A DNA stretch of 64,000 nucleotides from an uncultured bacterium (GTDB taxonomy: Bacteria; Acidobacteriota; HRBIN11; JAKEFK01): the NCBI GenBank assembly GCA_963777505.1, contig CAVZQN010000004.1:384001-448000 (forward strand), written 5' to 3'. Position 1 is the stretch's first letter. Each line of letters begins with the position of its first letter. A model generated the notes under the pieces. That model was not told the DNA's origin, ran no database searches, and was given only the letters and a program-made list of their open reading frames with translations. Position numbers and translations under genes: made by a program. Shown here in pieces: positions 59,320 to 64,000 of the stretch.

Positions 59320-62300
59320 ATGGCTGCCAAGAATCGTATGACGATTGATGCAAATGAGGCTGCGGCCTCCGTTGCATTTCGATTCAGTGAAGTGATCGCA
59401 ATTTATCCGATTACTCCAAGTTCTCCAATGGCGGAAGTTTGTGATGAATGGGCCAATAAAAAGAAAACGAATCTCTGGGGAGTAATCCCTGAAATAGCTG
59501 AAATGCAATCAGAAGGCGGTGCTGCAGGAGCTGTTCATGGTGCTCTGCAAGCAGGTGCATTGTCAACTACGTTCACCGCTTCTCAAGGCTTGCTGTTGAT
59601 GATCCCCAATATGTACAAAATTGCAGGGGAGTTGTCACCGTTCGTGATGCATGTCACTGCTCGTACATTGGCAACACATGCACTTTCGATTTTTGGCGAT
59701 CATTCGGATGTGATGGCCTGCCGCCAAACAGGGTTTGCACTTTTATGTTCAAACTCAGTGCAGGAAGCGCACGACCTCGCGGCGATTTCGCACGCCGCCA
59801 CGTTGGAGTCTCGCATTCCTTTCATGCATTTCTTCGATGGCTTTCGTACTTCACATGAAGTCGCAAAGATTGAAACACTGAGCGATGACGATCTGCGAAG
59901 CCTTATTTCGGAAGCAAACATTGAAGCGCATCGCAAGCGCGCTCTGACACCAGATCATCCGTTGCTTCGTGGCACAGCTCAGAATCCGGATGTTTTCTTT
60001 CAAGCGCGTGAAGCCGCAAATCTTTTTTATAATGCCTGCCCGGACATCGTTCAACGCTTGATGAACAAGTTCGCAGAACTCACTGGACGTTCCTATAAAC
60101 TTTTCGAATACGTCGGACATCCTGAAGCCGAACGTGTGATCGTCATCATGGGATCTGGCGCGGAAACAGTACACGAAACTGTAGAACATTTAGTAAATCA
60201 AGGGGAGAAAATTGGTTTACTCAAAGTTCGGCTCTACAGGCCTTTTGTGCGAGCCGCATTCATCGCCGCATTGCCTCGCAGTGTACAGAACATTGCAGTA
60301 CTGGATCGGACTAAAGAGCCAGGGGCTCTGGGTGATCCACTCTACCTGGATGTAATGACTGCCCTCGCTGAAGCACGTGCGGAAGGTGAATCATCATTCA
60401 AGACGGAACCGCGAGTCATCGCAGGCCGATATGGACTTTCATCGAAAGAGTTTACTCCCGCGATGGTGAAATCTGTTTTTGATGAGTTAGGAAAAAAGGA
60501 TGCTCGCCGCCACTTTACAATCGGTATCAAAGACGATGTGACTCACACTTCATTGGATTGGGATCCCTCGTTTCGAACCGAGGCGAACGATGTATCAAGA
60601 TCATTGTTTTATGGCCTTGGTGCCGATGGAACGGTTGGCGCAAACAAGAACTCAATCAAAATTATCGGCCAGGAAACTGAACGTTATGTGCAAGGTTACT
60701 TTGTTTATGATTCAAAAAAATCGGGAGCGATTACAATTTCGCACTTGCGTTCGAGTCCGCGCCCGATCCGTTCGGCATATCTAATCGATCTTGCCAGTTT
60801 CGTAGCCTGTCATCAATTCGAGTTCATTGATAAGTTCGATTTGCTTGAATATGCGGCGCCAGGTGCTGCATTTTTGTTGAATGCTCCAGGTGATGCAGAA
60901 AAAGTTTGGGATCAACTTCCTCGCGAAATGCAGCAGCAAATGATTGAGAAAAAGCTCCGGTTTTATGCAATTGATGCCTATACATTGGCAAAGCAAGTAG
61001 GAATGGGTGGAAGGATTAACACGATTATGCAAACTTGCTTTTTTGCTATCTCCGGAATTTTGCCGCGCGATGAAGCAATCACTCACATTAAGAAAGCGAT
61101 TGAAAAAACGTATGGGAAACGGGGTCCTGAAGTTGTTAAACGGAACTGGGAAGTAGTAGACCAATCGTTGGCGCATCTTCATGAAATTCCAGTACCTGCG
61201 GCAATCAGTGCTACACGAAATCGTCCACCGATTGTTTCCGAAAAAGCGCCCGATTTTGTTCAGAAGATCACAGCAGTCATGCTTGCTGGTAAAGGCGACA
61301 TGCTTCCGGTGAGCGCTTTTCCAGTTGATGGCACATGGCCAACAGCAACTGCGAAGTGGGAGAAGCGGAATCTCGCACTTGAAATTCCAGTATGGGATTC
61401 AAAGGTATGTATTCAATGCAACCAGTGTGCGCTGGTTTGTCCGCATGCTGCGATCCGCGCAAAGGTATATGACGGCGCATCTCTCGATGATTCACCATCA
61501 GCATTCAAATCCACTGCCTATAGAGGAAATGAATACAAAGGGAAGATGTTTACAATCCAGGTTGCGCCAGAGGATTGCACCGGCTGCAACTTATGTGTGA
61601 ATGTTTGTCCCGCAAAAGATAAAACAAATCCTAAACACAAAGCGATCAATATGGAAGCTCAAGCTCCGATACTCGATTCGGAGCGCATTAACTATGATTT
61701 TTTCCTTAACCTTCCTGAAATGGAACGAACCGATATTGTGAAACTTGATCATAAAGGTTCACAGTTCATGGAACCACTTTTTGAGTACTCCGGAGCTTGC
61801 AATGGTTGCGGTGAAACGCCGTATCTCAAAATGCTGACCCAGCTTTTCGGTGACAGGTTGCTGATTGCCAATGCCACCGGTTGCTCATCTATATATGGTG
61901 GGAATTTGCCAACCACACCTTACACCACAAACCGGGATGGAAGAGGGCCGGCATGGTCCAACTCACTTTTCGAAGATAACGCTGAGTTTGGTTTCGGTTT
62001 TCGCCTAGCTCTTGATGCTCACATCAAAGCGGCTCGTGTGCTTTTAGAACGGCTCGGTTCACAGATCGGTGACACTCTTACTTCAGAATTGCTTGGTGCG
62101 GATCAAACGAACGATGCAGGGATCAATGCGCAACGCGACAGAGTGAAAGCGTTACAAAGCAAACTGACCGGTATTCAGTCTGCGGAAGCGAGACGACTAG
62201 AAACACTATCCGATTATCTTGTGAAGAAGAGTGTATGGCTTGTTGGTGGCGATGGATGGGCTTACGACATCGGTTACGGCGGACTGGATCACGTAATTGC

Positions 62301-62937
62301 GAACCATCGGGACGTCAATATTCTTGTGATGGATACCGAAGTTTACTCCAACACCGGAGGTCAACAATCAAAAGCAACTCCGCTTGGTGCTTCCGCTAAG
62401 TTTGCGGCGTCTGGAAAACCGGTAGGTAAGAAAGACCTTGGTGCATTGGCAAACATGTACGGACATGTGTATGTTGCGCGCATTGCATTCGGTGCAAAGA
62501 TGGCGCAAACCACACAAGCATTCTTAGAAGCCGAGTCCTATCCCGGACCTTCATTGATTATTGCGTACAGTCATTGTATTGCGCACGGTTACGACATGGC
62601 GCAAGGTGTTGCACAACAAAAGTTGGCTGTATCTTCAGGTGTTTGGCCACTCTATCGTTTCGACCCCAGACGGTTGGTTAAAGGTGAGCCACCCTTGAAT
62701 CTGGACTACGGTCCACCCAAAGGAAATGTTGCTGAATACATGCAGAATGAATCGCGCTTTCGAATGATTGAACGCGCAGATCCTGAACGTTACAAACATT
62801 TCCTTAAAGAATCTCAAGCCGCGGCACAACGCAGATATGCAGTGTATCAACAACTCGCTGGAATTACCGTTCCTGTTATCGAACCAAAAACCGAGGAAGC
62901 CGCATCACCGAATTCGCCAGCGAAGGAGGTTAAATGA
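59320..62937 (+). CDS. nifJ: Pyruvate:ferredoxin (flavodoxin) oxidoreductase
   Basis: YPITPS, QSEGGAAG, two ferredoxin motifs (CIQCNQC, CTGCNLC), GGDGWAYDIG and YSNTGGQ. Confidence 0.96.
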   Translation: MAAKNRMTIDANEAAASVAFRFSEVIAIYPITPSSPMAEVCDEWANKKKTNLWGVIPEIAEMQSEGGAAGAVHGALQAGALSTTFTASQGLLLMIPNMYKIAGELSPFVMHVTARTLATHALSIFGDHSDVMACRQTGFALLCSNSVQEAHDLAAISHAATLESRIPFMHFFDGFRTSHEVAKIETLSDDDLRSLISEANIEAHRKRALTPDHPLLRGTAQNPDVFFQAREAANLFYNACPDIVQRLMNKFAELTGRSYKLFEYVGHPEAERVIVIMGSGAETVHETVEHLVNQGEKIGLLKVRLYRPFVRAAFIAALPRSVQNIAVLDRTKEPGALGDPLYLDVMTALAEARAEGESSFKTEPRVIAGRYGLSSKEFTPAMVKSVFDELGKKDARRHFTIGIKDDVTHTSLDWDPSFRTEANDVSRSLFYGLGADGTVGANKNSIKIIGQETERYVQGYFVYDSKKSGAITISHLRSSPRPIRSAYLIDLASFVACHQFEFIDKFDLLEYAAPGAAFLLNAPGDAEKVWDQLPREMQQQMIEKKLRFYAIDAYTLAKQVGMGGRINTIMQTCFFAISGILPRDEAITHIKKAIEKTYGKRGPEVVKRNWEVVDQSLAHLHEIPVPAAISATRNRPPIVSEKAPDFVQKITAVMLAGKGDMLPVSAFPVDGTWPTATAKWEKRNLALEIPVWDSKVCIQCNQCALVCPHAAIRAKVYDGASLDDSPSAFKSTAYRGNEYKGKMFTIQVAPEDCTGCNLCVNVCPAKDKTNPKHKAINMEAQAPILDSERINYDFFLNLPEMERTDIVKLDHKGSQFMEPLFEYSGACNGCGETPYLKMLTQLFGDRLLIANATGCSSIYGGNLPTTPYTTNRDGRGPAWSNSLFEDNAEFGFGFRLALDAHIKAARVLLERLGSQIGDTLTSELLGADQTNDAGINAQRDRVKALQSKLTGIQSAEARRLETLSDYLVKKSVWLVGGDGWAYDIGYGGLDHVIANHRDVNILVMDTEVYSNTGGQQSKATPLGASAKFAASGKPVGKKDLGALANMYGHVYVARIAFGAKMAQTTQAFLEAESYPGPSLIIAYSHCIAHGYDMAQGVAQQKLAVSSGVWPLYRFDPRRLVKGEPPLNLDYGPPKGNVAEYMQNESRFRMIERADPERYKHFLKESQAAAQRRYAVYQQLAGITVPVIEPKTEEAASPNSPAKEVK

Positions 62938-63929
62938 ATCTCAACACAACGTACCTAGGAATTCAGCTGCCCCACCCACTGATTGTTGGTTCGGGGCCGC
63001 TTGGTGACGATATCGATATTGTCAGGGAACTTGAGGATGGAGGTGCTGCAGCTCTCGTATTGCGATCGCTATACGAAGAAGAGATCAAAGGCGAACAGAT
63101 GAAAGCGTTCTTCGATATTGAAAGCCATGAAGAATCCTTTGCCGAAGCAACGAGTTATTCTCCGGATCCTGAATCAGCCTTTGGACCAGATGAGTATCTT
63201 GAACACTTGCGGCGGGTGAAGAATGCGGTGCGCATCCCTGTGATCGCATCCTTGAATGGAATGTCACTTGGCGGTTGGACTTCGTATGCAAGCCTGATGG
63301 AGCAAGCAGGAGCTGATGCGTTGGAACTAAATATCTATCATGCCGCTAGTGATCCCACTTTGAGTAGTGCAGAGGTAGAGCGACAGGTGATCGAAATTGT
63401 GCGTGAAGTGAAACGGACGGTTCGTATTCCAGTTGCTGTTAAGCTGTCGCCTTTGTTAACTGCATTTGCAAACTTCGCTCTTCAACTGGATGCGGCAGGA
63501 ACTGATGGAATTATTCTTTTTACGCGTTTTTATCAGGCTGATATTGATCCAATCGAACTCGAGGTTGTTCGTACACTCGAACTCTCCAACTCTTCGGAGC
63601 TTCGTCTTAGACTCCGGGGTACCGCAGTTCTGTCAGGTCGTGTCAAAGCTTCGCTTGCAATTACTGGTGGTGTTCATACGGCACTGGATGTGATCAAGTC
63701 AACGATGGCAGGCGCGCATGTCACGCAGTTGGTATCAGCTCTTCTGCAAAATGGTCCAGGTCATTTGCGTACTTTGTTAAGCGATATCAAAGGATGGATG
63801 GAAGAGAACGAGTGGAGTTCACTGAATGAAATGCGCGGCAACATGAGCTACCAACGTGTTCCCAATCCGGCCGACTATGAGCGGCAAATTTTTAGGAGTA
63901 TGTTTGCGGCAAGAAATTACCATGGATGA
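62934..63929 (+). CDS. Dihydroorotate dehydrogenase-like FMN protein (PFOR-associated)
   Basis: TYLGIQL.HPLI, SLYEE, IPVIASLNG, ALELN, PVAVKLSP and TGGVH motifs. Confidence 0.88.
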   Translation: MNLNTTYLGIQLPHPLIVGSGPLGDDIDIVRELEDGGAAALVLRSLYEEEIKGEQMKAFFDIESHEESFAEATSYSPDPESAFGPDEYLEHLRRVKNAVRIPVIASLNGMSLGGWTSYASLMEQAGADALELNIYHAASDPTLSSAEVERQVIEIVREVKRTVRIPVAVKLSPLLTAFANFALQLDAAGTDGIILFTRFYQADIDPIELEVVRTLELSNSSELRLRLRGTAVLSGRVKASLAITGGVHTALDVIKSTMAGAHVTQLVSALLQNGPGHLRTLLSDIKGWMEENEWSSLNEMRGNMSYQRVPNPADYERQIFRSMFAARNYHG

Positions 63930-64000
63930 GCGGACCGCGGACATCTTGTCCGCATTAGGGATCGCAGGCATCTTGCCTGCAAAAAAAATTGCGGACTGGA
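63930..64000. repeat. REP-like hairpins, truncated by the window edge
   Basis: gcggacatcttgtccgc and gcaggcatcttgcctgc tandem palindromes. Confidence 0.55.

Noticed and set aside
538-63693. Numerous short antisense or overlapping ORFs in the track
   Set aside because: Shadow ORFs of well-supported genes with no motifs or RBS
1-64000. Prophage, integrase, transposase, defence system, rRNA or tRNA
   Set aside because: No recognisable motifs or structures found by eye

Overview
Bacterial (diderm) chromosomal region of moderate GC, densely coding, with no rRNA, tRNA, CRISPR, integrase or transposase recognisable. From left to right: an RND efflux pump with its outer-membrane factor; an operon of secreted amidohydrolase, DcaP-like porin, glutaminase-porin fusion, secreted glutaminase, second porin and Dcu transporter; malic enzyme; a very basic histone H1-like protein; MltF-like and CocE/NonD hydrolases; a GC-richer CobW/MBL-hydrolase cassette; three DUF2092+DUF6515-like pairs; AspT/YidE, VIT and K+ channel transporters; PP2C phosphatases; a cNMP-MshEN-PilT ATPase; GH13 and MGH1-like glycosidases; an APC-USP-DUF389 fusion with a beta-carbonic anhydrase; and a Tat-signal L-serine dehydratase, Pta/Ptb, PFOR (nifJ), DHOD-like operon. 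The most notable points are: (1) one tandem 16-bp palindromic motif with 20-bp period at five intergenic loci, each next to sigma54 (-24/-12) promoter motifs, which suggests a regulon; (2) normally cytoplasmic ammonia-releasing enzymes carrying export signals, one fused to a porin; (3) cassettes bounded by direct repeats of the 3' end of the upstream gene. About nine single-base frameshifts probably reflect sequencing indels. All family calls come from motif recognition by eye, not database searches.
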